A stretch of DNA of 64,000 nt, taken from Candidatus Peribacteria bacterium. GTDB lineage: Bacteria; Patescibacteriota; Gracilibacteria; Peribacterales; Peribacteraceae. The stretch lies in NCBI GenBank assembly GCA_023245765.1, contig JAHFJP010000004.1:375-64374 (forward strand). Reading direction: 5' to 3'. The notes under the pieces were generated by a model. That model saw only the letters and a program-made list of their open reading frames with translations. It did not search any database and had not been told where the DNA came from. The position numbers and the translations under genes are program-made. The first letter of the stretch is position 1; each line of letters opens with the position of its first letter. Of the stretch, positions 7,815-17,082 are shown piece after piece.

Positions 7815-8609
7815 ATGAAAACGCAACAACTCGATCAAGTCTTTCGCATTCTGAGTCCTCGATACAGCGAAGAATTCTTCGCGGAAAATACATCGAAGCT
7901 CGGCGAAGAACTCAGCCGCGAAGGCATCCTGGTTCTCAATGATTTTCTCTCCCCGCGGGCCATCAAAGAACTCCAGGCGGAGGCCGCGGCGCTCAAGCCA
8001 GACGCATTCCGCAGCTCGTCCGCGTATAACCTGTACATCCTCCCCACAGATCCGAATTTCCCCGACGATTCGCCGCGTAACCGCAAATTCAAGACGACCA
8101 AAGGCTGCATTCCGGATGACAAGATTCCCCGCAGCTCCGCTCTGCGGACGCTCTACGATTCCCCCGCGTTCCGCAGCTTTCTCTGCAAGCTCCTCAAGCT
8201 GCAGGTGCTCTATCCCTACGCCGACGCGCTCTCAAGCATCAACATCAACTACTACGATCCAGGCGACGCGCTCGAATGGCACTTCGACAACGCCGACTTC
8301 GCCATCACGCTCCTCGTGAAGAAGCCGACAAAGGGCGGTGACTACGAATACTTCACCGACATGCGCTACGACGATGATGGCGACGAGAATTACGAGCTTG
8401 TCCGCCAGTGTATCGATGGCGAAGTCCCCCCGCAGCGCAAGTCCCTCGATGAAGGCGGACTCATGCTCTTCCGCGGCAACAAGTCACTGCACAGAGTGAC
8501 GCCCGTCGAAGCCGGCGAACGGATCCTCATCACACTCAACTTCAATACCAAGCCCGGTATCGCGCTCTCCGAAAAGTCCCGGCAGACATTCTTCGGGAGG
8601 ACGACATAA
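7815..8609 (+). CDS. 2OG-Fe(II) oxygenase, BesD/HalD/ArpA-like (HxD, hydroxylase type)
   Basis: ININYY..GD.LEWHFD, GG.YEY and LFRG..SLHRVTPV...R motifs. Confidence 0.85.
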   Translation: MKTQQLDQVFRILSPRYSEEFFAENTSKLGEELSREGILVLNDFLSPRAIKELQAEAAALKPDAFRSSSAYNLYILPTDPNFPDDSPRNRKFKTTKGCIPDDKIPRSSALRTLYDSPAFRSFLCKLLKLQVLYPYADALSSININYYDPGDALEWHFDNADFAITLLVKKPTKGGDYEYFTDMRYDDDGDENYELVRQCIDGEVPPQRKSLDEGGLMLFRGNKSLHRVTPVEAGERILITLNFNTKPGIALSEKSRQTFFGRTT

Positions 8610-8633
8610 GTATTTTTATTCACCAAACTTTTT

Positions 8634-9233
8634 ATGAAATACAATGTTATTTTAAATCCGCCTATCGAAGACGACCTTCCAGATGATCCGGATGCTGCTC
8701 TGACAATAGCTGTTGAACGAGGCGTGCAATGCGAGAACGGTGTATACCGATTTCTTGATCCCGCGATTTCGATACCCGTTCTTTGCAATCTCGATCGCAT
8801 ACGCCCTCTGCTCAAGGGTGATTGGTGGAAGGATGACGTCTTGCAGTCCAAGGAAAAAGAAGAAGCAGGAGAGAAAACACTTCTCATTCCCGAAAGTTCT
8901 TTCGGCAAACCTCTGGAGATTGAGAATGATGAGTACTTCTGGAGAACGCTTTCGGCACGCGTTTTGACCCGATTCCTTCTCATCAACGTATTATCCGGAG
9001 GACCGCGGGCACTGGGGAATGACAGGTTTGTCCGGTCAGGCACTTCGGAGCCGATAAGGGATGCCCTCACTGCTCCGCCATTCTACGAGGTTGGAAACAA
9101 TGTCGTCGTTGGGTTTGATACCTATGGTTTTCTCAAGGCCTTCTATATTCAGAACTTTCAAAAAAGACCCAATATCGGTATCGCATTGAACGAAGAAGAT
9201 TGGAGGAAAACATATCGAAATAGAAAAACATAA
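8634..9233 (+). CDS. Hypothetical protein
   Basis: 199-aa ORF, lower GC than its neighbours. Confidence 0.6.
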   Translation: MKYNVILNPPIEDDLPDDPDAALTIAVERGVQCENGVYRFLDPAISIPVLCNLDRIRPLLKGDWWKDDVLQSKEKEEAGEKTLLIPESSFGKPLEIENDEYFWRTLSARVLTRFLLINVLSGGPRALGNDRFVRSGTSEPIRDALTAPPFYEVGNNVVVGFDTYGFLKAFYIQNFQKRPNIGIALNEEDWRKTYRNRKT

Positions 9234-9423
9234 TGCTATATCGAGCTGTCTCAGAGATCTGAGACAAGCTCTCTGGGCACTCGTTGTTCCTGGGGAGCTT
9301 GTCTCTAAAAGCGAGCACTGGCTTCGAGATTTTTTGAATCTGGGAGCCAGTATCTCTATCTCAAAATACCACCGTGGTAAAACAGTGATACTGGCGTTTT
9401 CCGGGGTCATCTATGATGCCTGC

Positions 9424-10461
9424 ATGGTCAATCCAGAGTTCATGCGCCGGTGTCTGGACCTCGCCTCCCGTGGTCGCGGCAGGGTCGGCAATGGCGCCCT
9501 GGTGGGGGCCGTCTTCGTCCGTCAGGGGATGATCATCGCCGAGGGGTTCCATGCCGCCTACGGAGCGTCCCATGCTGAGCGGGCACTCTTGGATGCGTAC
9601 ACCGGTGAAATCCTTCCTGAGGACGTTTTGTATGTGAATCTAGAACCATGCTGTCATCAGGGTAAGACTCCACCTTGTACAAATTTATTGATCGAGAAAG
9701 GCATCAAAACGGTCGTCTACGGAATGCTCGATCCAGACCCTCGTGTTAGCGGTCAGGGAGTGCAGGCTCTCAGGGCAGCTGGTATCAACGTCATCGGTCC
9801 TCTGGAGCGCGCTCTGTGTGAGCGTATGAATAGGGGATTCGTCTCGCTACGTACTAAGGGCAGGCCGTGGATCACACTCAAGCAAGCTCGTGATGCACAG
9901 GGGGCAATCAGCAATGACGATGGATCCTTCAAAAAGATCACCTCTGCCGATCAAGATGCCTGGTCCCACACATTCCTTCGTGCCCGCCATGACGCGATAT
10001 TGGTCGGTGTAGGATCAATTATTTCCGATAATCCTCTATTGAATATCAGATTTGCTCAAATAGTGAAATTTTCTCAAATGGAAGGGCTTAATGAAGATAA
10101 AATTAATGAAAATAATTTCATTAATCCCTACAGAATAGTATTGGATCCGCAGTGCCGTATTCCGATGGATGCAAAGGTCGTGACTGATACGCCGGAGAGG
10201 ACGATTATCTGCTTCAACGAAGGGCAAGAACAGGATGAAAAGGCCCTGACTCTAGGCGGACGGGGAGTTCATCTCGTTTCGCTCCCCATGCATGACGATG
10301 CATTCAACTGGGAGGCGCTTTGGCGTGTGCTCATAACGCCCACGGCAACATTCCCGGGAATAGCATCAATCCTCGTCGAAGGTGGCAGCAGAACATGGAA
10401 GGAATTCCAGAGGGCGCTCTTGGTGGACGAAGCCATTCATCTCGTTGGCAGGTTCCTGTAA
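9424..10461 (+). CDS. ribD: Bifunctional riboflavin biosynthesis deaminase/reductase
   Basis: HAE and LEPCCH..TPPC motifs, DAILVG, SILVEGG; start placed at the ATG after a TATGAT -10 box. Confidence 0.93.
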   Translation: MVNPEFMRRCLDLASRGRGRVGNGALVGAVFVRQGMIIAEGFHAAYGASHAERALLDAYTGEILPEDVLYVNLEPCCHQGKTPPCTNLLIEKGIKTVVYGMLDPDPRVSGQGVQALRAAGINVIGPLERALCERMNRGFVSLRTKGRPWITLKQARDAQGAISNDDGSFKKITSADQDAWSHTFLRARHDAILVGVGSIISDNPLLNIRFAQIVKFSQMEGLNEDKINENNFINPYRIVLDPQCRIPMDAKVVTDTPERTIICFNEGQEQDEKALTLGGRGVHLVSLPMHDDAFNWEALWRVLITPTATFPGIASILVEGGSRTWKEFQRALLVDEAIHLVGRFL

Positions 10462-10839
10462 TGGCGTACCTGTTTCTTTTGAATGCATGGGAACAAGACG
10501 ATACCCCTTCAGAGCCATATCAAGCTGCTGCATGATTGCAGTTTTTGCACTTCCCTTGATCCCTTCAATTCTGTAGTCATCTATCGTCACCCATGTAGTG
10601 ATAGGCTCAGATCTGCCTGCAATCTTGATCTGAACGACGGCGCTCTTTTCATCATCTTCGATAATCACATCAACGATACGATTGTGATACAGAAAGTCGA
10701 GCGTCCGAAAAGCAGCATCAGCCCGCGACAATATTGTCTCTGCCGTTTTGGGTGCTGCATCAATTTTGCCGTTGAGATGGAGTCCCTCTGTTGATTCAAC
10801 AAGTATGTTCAATTGATGATCGGTAAAGGACCGGGACAT
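10366..10839 (-). CDS. Hypothetical protein
   Basis: 157-aa ORF downstream of the flavodoxin-like gene; its 3' end overlaps ribD. Confidence 0.5.
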   Translation of the reverse strand: MSRSFTDHQLNILVESTEGLHLNGKIDAAPKTAETILSRADAAFRTLDFLYHNRIVDVIIEDDEKSAVVQIKIAGRSEPITTWVTIDDYRIEGIKGSAKTAIMQQLDMALKGYRLVPMHSKETGTPLQEPANEMNGFVHQERPLEFLPCSAATFDED

Positions 10840-10870
10840 TATGGATATTCTGCTCGCCAGTCAAACAATC

Positions 10871-11545
10871 TCAGAGCCCCAGTCGCCGTTTGAGCTTCTG
10901 GCCCGTCTTAAAGAGCCAGACCAGGAACCGTTCTCGGAAGGGGAGTCGGCCCGTCTCCGCAAACGTCTTCACCACCTCCGCGAAGTGCTTGCCTTGGGCT
11001 TTGACGCTCGCGATGGAATCGGCGCGGCAGTCGACCACCATGCCGAATTGGCCCTTGCCCTTGGTGCAGCGGCCTTCGTAATGGGTGCCGATCACGACGC
11101 CGCCGAAGTAGCGGATGCTCACGGGAAGATGACTGACTGTGCGCCTCTGCAGGCCGGTCCAGGCGGGGTAGGGGGATCCACCGGTGTAGATCAAGAAGAA
11201 GGGTTTCCCTTTGAGCATGCCAAGTGACCGGGTCTCGGGCTCCAGGCAGAAACTCCCCATGCGGTCGATCAGATTCTTGAGATGACCCGGTACGCCGAAG
11301 TTCCAGATGGGGCTTGCGATCACCACGCCATCGCTCTTCTGGACGAGTTCCTGGAGTCGGCGAAAATCTTCCCCCTGATCGGTTGCCGCGTCGTAGTACT
11401 TCATCTGGAAGTGATCGATCGAGAGATCCTTCAGACGGATCTTGTTGAGCTCCGCACCGCTGCCGATTCCCTCTGCGAAACGATCTGCGAGGAAATCGCT
11501 GTTGCTCGGGTCGTTGGTGCCGGCCACGAGGAGGAGGATCTTCAT
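10871..11545 (-). CDS. NAD(P)H-dependent FMN reductase / flavodoxin-fold oxidoreductase
   Basis: KSDGVVIASPIWNFGVPGHLKNLIDR...LKGKP motif. Confidence 0.88.
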   Translation of the reverse strand: MKILLLVAGTNDPSNSDFLADRFAEGIGSGAELNKIRLKDLSIDHFQMKYYDAATDQGEDFRRLQELVQKSDGVVIASPIWNFGVPGHLKNLIDRMGSFCLEPETRSLGMLKGKPFFLIYTGGSPYPAWTGLQRRTVSHLPVSIRYFGGVVIGTHYEGRCTKGKGQFGMVVDCRADSIASVKAQGKHFAEVVKTFAETGRLPFRERFLVWLFKTGQKLKRRLGL

Positions 11546-11590
11546 GATTATAGTGTAGGTTTGTGGAAGCGGTTGATCCAGTCACGAAAG

Positions 11591-11660
11591 GAAACCGAGG
11601 AAACCGACGTAACCAAGGTAACCGAGGATCGTCGGTTTCTTCGGTTTCGTCGGTTACTTT
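11591..11660. repeat. 9-bp-unit palindromic element, copy A
   Basis: (GNAACCGAN)x4 followed by an inverted x3-4 arm around the apex ACCGAGGATCGTCGGTT. Confidence 0.85.
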
Positions 11661-11763
11661 TTTCGGAATATTCTGATCATTTTCGGACAGAGTGTGACGT
11701 GGAAAACTTTCCGTCCGCGTGTCGAGCAATAATAAGGCAAAAATGCTTCCACGAAGCTCCGCA

Positions 11764-11811
11764 CTTCGATACCTTGTGTCGTTGTTCCCCTCGATGCCCT
11801 ACATATTGTGT
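11764..11811 (+). promoter_or_regulatory. Tandem NrdR boxes
   Basis: CGATACCTTGTG (11767) and CTACATATTGTG (11799), 32 bp apart, upstream of the RNR gene. Confidence 0.7.
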
Positions 11812-11863
11812 TTGGTCGGCTCATCCGATAGCCGGGCGTCCTTCCCCATTTCCCCTCGTTCGT

Positions 11864-14800
11864 ATGAACCCCTCGTCCTCTTCCGCTGCGTCCAAATCTT
11901 CTCACCGCGGACTCGGACAAGAGGGGGTTATCCAGCGTTTAAAGAAGGGAGAAACGGTCGAAACCCCGCGTGGGAAGAAGGACGTGGGTCATCATAAAGC
12001 ACTCACCATCAAGCGCGTCTTCACGACTGTCGGGAGCGATCCGCTGGAGCATGTCGTCTACGAAAAGCGGACCAGTAAAATCATGAATACCAACGGGTCG
12101 GTCGTCTTCGAAATGCAGGGGGCCGAGATCCCCGCCGACTGGAGCCAGGTGGCGACGGATATCGTCGTCAGCAAGTACTTTCGCAAAGCGGGAGTGCCCC
12201 AATTCGATGCGCAGGGAAACATTCTGAAGAACGACAAAGGGGAGGTCATCACGGGGCCAGAGCGCAGCGTCAAACAGGTGGTGCGGCGGTTGGCCGGCTG
12301 CTGGCGGCACTGGGGCGAGACGCACGGATACTTCGAATCCAAACTCGATGCACAGGCGTTCGAAGACGAACTGAGCCACATGCTGACGCACCAGATGGCG
12401 GCCCCCAACAGCCCGCAGTGGTTCAACACCGGCCTCAACACTGCCTACGGCATCACGGGCCCGTCCCAGGGGCACTACTACTGCGATCCGGAGACGGGGG
12501 AGGTCCGCCGCAGCGAGGATGCCTACACGCACCCCCAGCCCCATGCCTGCTTCATTCAATCCGTCGATGATGACATGGTCAACGAGGGGGGCATCATGGA
12601 TCTGTGGGTCCGCGAGGCGCGCTTGTTCAAGTTCGGATCCGGCACGGGCACGAACTTCAGCAAGCTGCGCAGCGCCGGCGAGCCGCTCTCGGGCGGCGGC
12701 CAGAGTTCCGGGCTCATGAGTTTCCTCAAGATCGGGGACCGTGCGGCAGGCGCCATCAAATCGGGGGGCACCACGCGACGCGCGGCCAAGATGGTCTGTC
12801 TCGATCTCGACCATCCGGATATCGAGGAATTCATCAACTGGAAGGTCAACGAAGAGAAAAAAGTCGCCGCGATGGCCGCGGCCGGCTACGACACCGACTT
12901 TAACGGCGAGGCGTACCTCACGGTCTCGGGTCAGAACAGCAATAACTCCATCCGCATCCCGCACGCGTTCTTCGAAGCAATCGAACACGACGGCGACTGG
13001 GCACTCACGTGGCGCACGGAACTCAAAAAGGCCGCTACCGAAGGACGCGCACCTGTTCCCAAGAAGATGCTCAAGGCACGCAATCTCTGGGATCAGATCA
13101 GCTACGCCGCGTGGTCGTGTGCCGATCCCGGCGTCCAGTACGACACCACGATCAACGACTGGCACACGTGTCCGGAGGATGGCCGGATCAACGCAAGCAA
13201 CCCCTGTAGCGAGTACATGTTCCTCGATAACACGGCGTGCAACCTCGCGTCGATCAACCTCCTCAAGTTCTATAACCAAGAGCATGGAACCTTCGAAATC
13301 GAGCGCTTTATCCATGCGGTGCACCTGTGGACCATCGTCCTCGAAATTTCGGTGCTCATGGCGCAGTTCCCCAGCAAAGAAATCGCCGAGCTCAGCTACA
13401 AGTTCCGGACACTCGGCCTCGGATTTGCCAATCTCGGCGCGATGCTGATGCAGATGGGTATTCCCTACGATTCGCCTAAGGGACGCGCGATCTGTGGCGC
13501 GATCACGGCGATTCTCACCGGCGAGAGCTACGCGACCTCGGCCGACATGGCGCAGTTCCTTGGCGCCTTTCCCGGCTACAATAAAAACCGTGACCACATG
13601 CTCAAAGTCATCCGTAATCACCGCCGGGCTGCCTACAACGCGCCGGCGCGCGAATACGAGAATCTCCACGTGCTGCCCGTCGGCATCCAGGCCGCCGATT
13701 GTCCTGACGATCTCCTCCATGCCGCCAAAGAAGCATGGGACCGCGCGCTCGCAAAGGGTGAAAAATACGGTTACCGCAACGCGCAGGTCACCGTCATCGC
13801 CCCCACGGGCACGATCGGCCTCCTCATGGATTGCGACACCACGGGCGTCGAGCCCGACTTCGCGCTCGTGAAGTTCAAAAAACTCGCCGGTGGCGGCTAC
13901 ATGAAGATCGCAAACCAATCAGTCTTCCCCGCGATGCAGGCACTCGGCTACAGCGAGGCCGAGGTGCGCGACATCATGCGCTACGTGATGGGAACGCTCA
14001 GTCTCGAAGGCGCCCCGCACATCAACCGCGTCAGTCTCAAACAGAAGGGCTTCACCGACGAGGATATTGCCGCAGTGGAGAAAAACCTCTCACAGGTCTT
14101 CGAGATTGGCTTTGCCTTCAACAAATGGACGCTCGGCGACAAGACGATGGAACGTCTTGGCTTCACGGCCGATCAAACCGCTGACTTCAACTTCAATCTC
14201 CTCAAGGCACTCGGATTCACCCAGGAACAGATCGACGAGGCGAACCTCGTCATCTGTGGACACATGACGGTCGAAGGTGCGCCTCTCCTGCGCGATGAAC
14301 ATCTCCCGGTCTTCGACTGCGCCAACAAGTGCGGCAAGACGGGCAAGCGCTTCATCAGCGCCGAGGGGCATATCCGGATGATGGCCGTGTGTCAGTCGTT
14401 CATCAGTGGCGCGATCAGCAAGACCATCAACCTCCCCAACGAAGCGACGATCGAGGACTGCAAGAATGCCTATCTCCTCAGCTGGAAGCTCGGGATCAAG
14501 GCGAATGCCCTGTATCGGGACGGTTCAAAAATGAGTCAGGTGCTCAGCAATAAATCCGACACGAAAGATTTCAAAGATTCCAGCGCAGGTGTTCCACCTG
14601 CGGAGGTAAAAATAGTCGAAAAGATCGTGATAAAAGAGGTTCCGAGACGCAGGAAATTGCCCGACGAACGGCTCGCGATTGCCCACAAGTTCAGCATTGC
14701 CGGGCACGAGGGCTACATCCATGTCGGCATGTACGAAGATGGCGCGCCGGGCGAGATCTTCATCAAAATGAGCAAGGAAGGTTCAACACTCTCCGGCGTG

Positions 14801-15316
14801 ATGGATACGCTAGCGATCAGCCTCTCGATGAACTTCCAGTACGGTGTGCCGCTCGAAAGTCTCTGCGAGAAACTCGTCGGCGCACGCTTTGAACCCATGG
14901 GTATGACGGCCAACAAGGAAATCCCAATCGTCCGCTCTGTCATGGATTACCTCGGCCGCTGGATGGCGCTCAAGTTCCTCACGAAGGACAAAGCCAAGAA
15001 GTTCCACAACGGCGAGCTCGTCGACAAAGCGTACGCAATCGGCAGCAAGAGCAAGGAAGCATTCGCGATGCGGTTGCCTGTGGTCGACGAAGGATCTTCC
15101 GTTGCGATGGACTTTTCCATGGTGACAGAAGAGAAAGCCCAGACCGAACTCACACAGGCCGTCAGTGACGTCGAGCACAGCACAGACAAGATTAGCAACG
15201 CGAAGCTCCAGGGTTATACGGGGTCCATGTGCAGCGGGTGCGGGAGCTTCAAATTGAAGAGGAATGGGAGTTGTGAGGTTTGTCTGGATTGTGGGGCGAC
15301 GTCGGGGTGTTCCTAA
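11864..15316 (+). CDS. nrdJ: Class II (adenosylcobalamin-dependent) ribonucleotide reductase
   Basis: PNSPQWFN, HACFI, NASNPCSE, IAPTGTI, AISKTIN; C-terminal TSCPD-like domain and Cys4 ribbon; start set at MNPSSS. Confidence 0.95.
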   Translation: MNPSSSSAASKSSHRGLGQEGVIQRLKKGETVETPRGKKDVGHHKALTIKRVFTTVGSDPLEHVVYEKRTSKIMNTNGSVVFEMQGAEIPADWSQVATDIVVSKYFRKAGVPQFDAQGNILKNDKGEVITGPERSVKQVVRRLAGCWRHWGETHGYFESKLDAQAFEDELSHMLTHQMAAPNSPQWFNTGLNTAYGITGPSQGHYYCDPETGEVRRSEDAYTHPQPHACFIQSVDDDMVNEGGIMDLWVREARLFKFGSGTGTNFSKLRSAGEPLSGGGQSSGLMSFLKIGDRAAGAIKSGGTTRRAAKMVCLDLDHPDIEEFINWKVNEEKKVAAMAAAGYDTDFNGEAYLTVSGQNSNNSIRIPHAFFEAIEHDGDWALTWRTELKKAATEGRAPVPKKMLKARNLWDQISYAAWSCADPGVQYDTTINDWHTCPEDGRINASNPCSEYMFLDNTACNLASINLLKFYNQEHGTFEIERFIHAVHLWTIVLEISVLMAQFPSKEIAELSYKFRTLGLGFANLGAMLMQMGIPYDSPKGRAICGAITAILTGESYATSADMAQFLGAFPGYNKNRDHMLKVIRNHRRAAYNAPAREYENLHVLPVGIQAADCPDDLLHAAKEAWDRALAKGEKYGYRNAQVTVIAPTGTIGLLMDCDTTGVEPDFALVKFKKLAGGGYMKIANQSVFPAMQALGYSEAEVRDIMRYVMGTLSLEGAPHINRVSLKQKGFTDEDIAAVEKNLSQVFEIGFAFNKWTLGDKTMERLGFTADQTADFNFNLLKALGFTQEQIDEANLVICGHMTVEGAPLLRDEHLPVFDCANKCGKTGKRFISAEGHIRMMAVCQSFISGAISKTINLPNEATIEDCKNAYLLSWKLGIKANALYRDGSKMSQVLSNKSDTKDFKDSSAGVPPAEVKIVEKIVIKEVPRRRKLPDERLAIAHKFSIAGHEGYIHVGMYEDGAPGEIFIKMSKEGSTLSGVMDTLAISLSMNFQYGVPLESLCEKLVGARFEPMGMTANKEIPIVRSVMDYLGRWMALKFLTKDKAKKFHNGELVDKAYAIGSKSKEAFAMRLPVVDEGSSVAMDFSMVTEEKAQTELTQAVSDVEHSTDKISNAKLQGYTGSMCSGCGSFKLKRNGSCEVCLDCGATSGCS

Positions 15317-15384
15317 GAAACCGATGTAACCGAGGGAACCGAGGATCGTCGGTTGCTTCGGTTTCGTCGGTTGCCTCGGTTGCC
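15317..15384. repeat. 9-bp-unit palindromic element, copy B
   Basis: Same apex as copy A; immediately followed by a TATACT -10 box. Confidence 0.85.
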
Positions 15385-15396
15385 TATACTCGCTCT

Positions 15397-15894
15397 ATGT
15401 CCGACTCTTTCCTCGACAACCTTCCCAGCAACGAGCGCCGCAAGCTCAAGCAGATGATGAGCCCCGAGGCGTACGAGCGCCTGCGGGAGAAGGTCAAAGG
15501 TCCGGAGGATTTGGAGAAAGAACTCAAGCGCGGCGAGCAGCTGGCCGAGCTCAGCTTTGAGCTGCAGACGGATGAGAAGCTGCGCGAGCGGCTCAAGGGT
15601 CAGTGCGAGAAGGACGTGCGGGAGCAGGGGATTGAGGCCGTCATGGACGTCCAGAAGCTCAGTCCAGAACTCAAGAAAGCGCTACAGCAAGGCAAATTCA
15701 TGCTGGCGGTCTCCAGTCATCCCTCAACGCACGATGATCAGCTCGTGGCGGTTCCCGAAGGCAACGTGCAGGAGAAAATTCCGCTCAAGCCAGCGTTCAG
15801 CGACCGGTACGTGGCGCAATTTTTGCAGAGCGCGTCACCCACAATAAAACTTCAGGATTTATCGAAGAAGACCTCGCGGAAGAAGGCGGCGTGA
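15397..15894 (+). CDS. Hypothetical protein
   Basis: ATG 6 nt after TATACT; host-like codon usage. Confidence 0.7.
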   Translation: MSDSFLDNLPSNERRKLKQMMSPEAYERLREKVKGPEDLEKELKRGEQLAELSFELQTDEKLRERLKGQCEKDVREQGIEAVMDVQKLSPELKKALQQGKFMLAVSSHPSTHDDQLVAVPEGNVQEKIPLKPAFSDRYVAQFLQSASPTIKLQDLSKKTSRKKAA

Positions 15895-15909
15895 GGATTC
15901 ACTCGCGGG

Positions 15910-16026
15910 CCCTTCTCCCTTCGCAAAGGGAGAAGGGTAGGGATGAGGGTCTCTTGGTCATGCTCCGCCACCCTCACCCTGCCCTCTCCCTCCGCGCCCT
16001 CGCTCCGCTCGGGCGGAGGGAGAGGG
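15910..16026. repeat. CCCTCTCCC/GGGAGAGGG palindromic intergenic element
   Basis: Two inverted hairpin units CCCTCACCCT.CCCTCTCCC...GGGAGAGGG between convergent genes. Confidence 0.7.
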
Positions 16027-16033
16027 TTCCCGT

Positions 16034-16438
16034 TTATTGGAGGAAGAACAGCAGACACGCCGCCGCTGCCGTCGATGCATCAACTTCTGCGGTGATGCGT
16101 CCCAGAACCTCCTTCCCCTTGCCGTAGCACTCGATGCCGTTCTCGAGCGTGCCGACGGGGTTGTCGTTTGCATCCTCGATCATGACATGTCCGTCTTGCT
16201 CCACCACGGTCCCCACGTGCTTGCCCGAATCGTCGCGAATCACGGTGCCTCGGACCTTCCCCCGCACGTCGCCGTGAGTGTTGAGAATAGTTGCTGTCTG
16301 TGCCGCCTGTACCTGGATCTCCCCGATGACTTTTCCATTGCTGTTCTCGACAGTGATGGCACCGGTTCCGCCGCAGGAAGTCAAGATGAGCAGGCCGAGA
16401 ACCGAGAGGATGAGAACGAAGCGGTGCATGAGAGACAC
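16034..16438 (-). CDS. Putative lipoprotein
   Basis: Hydrophobic signal with LTSC lipobox; short beta-hairpin repeats (NSNGKVIG, NTHGDVRG, DDSGKHVG). Confidence 0.75.
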   Translation of the reverse strand: MSLMHRFVLILSVLGLLILTSCGGTGAITVENSNGKVIGEIQVQAAQTATILNTHGDVRGKVRGTVIRDDSGKHVGTVVEQDGHVMIEDANDNPVGTLENGIECYGKGKEVLGRITAEVDASTAAAACLLFFLQ

Positions 16439-16492
16439 GGGAAGAGGAGCTGCGCATCAAAAGATGTGCATCGCGACCAATCGTACTGTCCT

Positions 16493-16801
16493 TCATGCGG
16501 AATGCAAGTTTTCGTTGAGCCCTTCCCATTGGTCGTCCTCAGCCAACTTATTCGGGATCCGTTTCGCGCACGTCAAACACTCATGAATGACCATCCAGCC
16601 TTTCTTTCCCGTTTGATCCAGCCCGACTGGGCGCATCATTCCGCCGCAGAGGGAAGCCCGATCGCCGGGGCCCTCGTCATCGACATGCTTGCTCCACAGG
16701 CAGTGGGGGCAGTGATTCCTGTAGGTCCCGCGGAGGAGGGGAGCAACCGATGCTCCGCAGTGTCCGCAGATGAAGGGCTCTTCGCGGGCGATGAAGGTCA
16801 T
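16493..16801 (-). CDS. RNHCP domain protein
   Basis: CGHCG...YRNHCPHCLWSKHVD..PGDRA..CGG.M motif. Confidence 0.92.
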   Translation of the reverse strand: MTFIAREEPFICGHCGASVAPLLRGTYRNHCPHCLWSKHVDDEGPGDRASLCGGMMRPVGLDQTGKKGWMVIHECLTCAKRIPNKLAEDDQWEGLNENLHSA

Positions 16802-17082
16802 CGGGAATGAGGAGGTTCGGTGGGAAGAATCATGTCTGATTTCGTTTGCTTCATCAATTTACGTGCGTTCATTCTGATGACCGCCACGTCAAACCAACTA
16901 ACATTCATTTTCGGATCTCTCGCGGTTTCGTCGAGATGCTCGTCGAGTTTTCTGGCAGAAGCAGCATCCTGGTCAAAAACGAATATGTGAAACTCTTCAC
17001 CTTTGCGTAACGTCACAACATTGAGATCATGCTGATTCTTGTCGCTCATGCAGCCATCGGAGAATTCTCCGGGATCGTTCAT
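16798..17082 (-). CDS. Hypothetical protein
   Basis: 94-aa ORF with 4-nt overlaps to both ychF and the RNHCP gene. Confidence 0.65.
   Translation of the reverse strand: MNDPGEFSDGCMSDKNQHDLNVVTLRKGEEFHIFVFDQDAASARKLDEHLDETARDPKMNVSWFDVAVIRMNARKLMKQTKSDMILPTEPPHSR

Noticed and set aside
7815..8609. Radical halogenase
   Set aside because: The metal motif is HFD, retaining the carboxylate; BesD-type halogenases have Gly or Ala at that position
9243..9263. Second target of the tRNA-like RNA (GAGCTGTC..AGATCTGAG)
   Set aside because: The match is broken in the loop-pairing core and is explained by a local hairpin; probably chance
11282..11863. 194-aa N-terminal extension of NrdJ
   Set aside because: It overlaps the opposite-strand flavodoxin gene, a repeat and the NrdR boxes; the true start is most likely 11864
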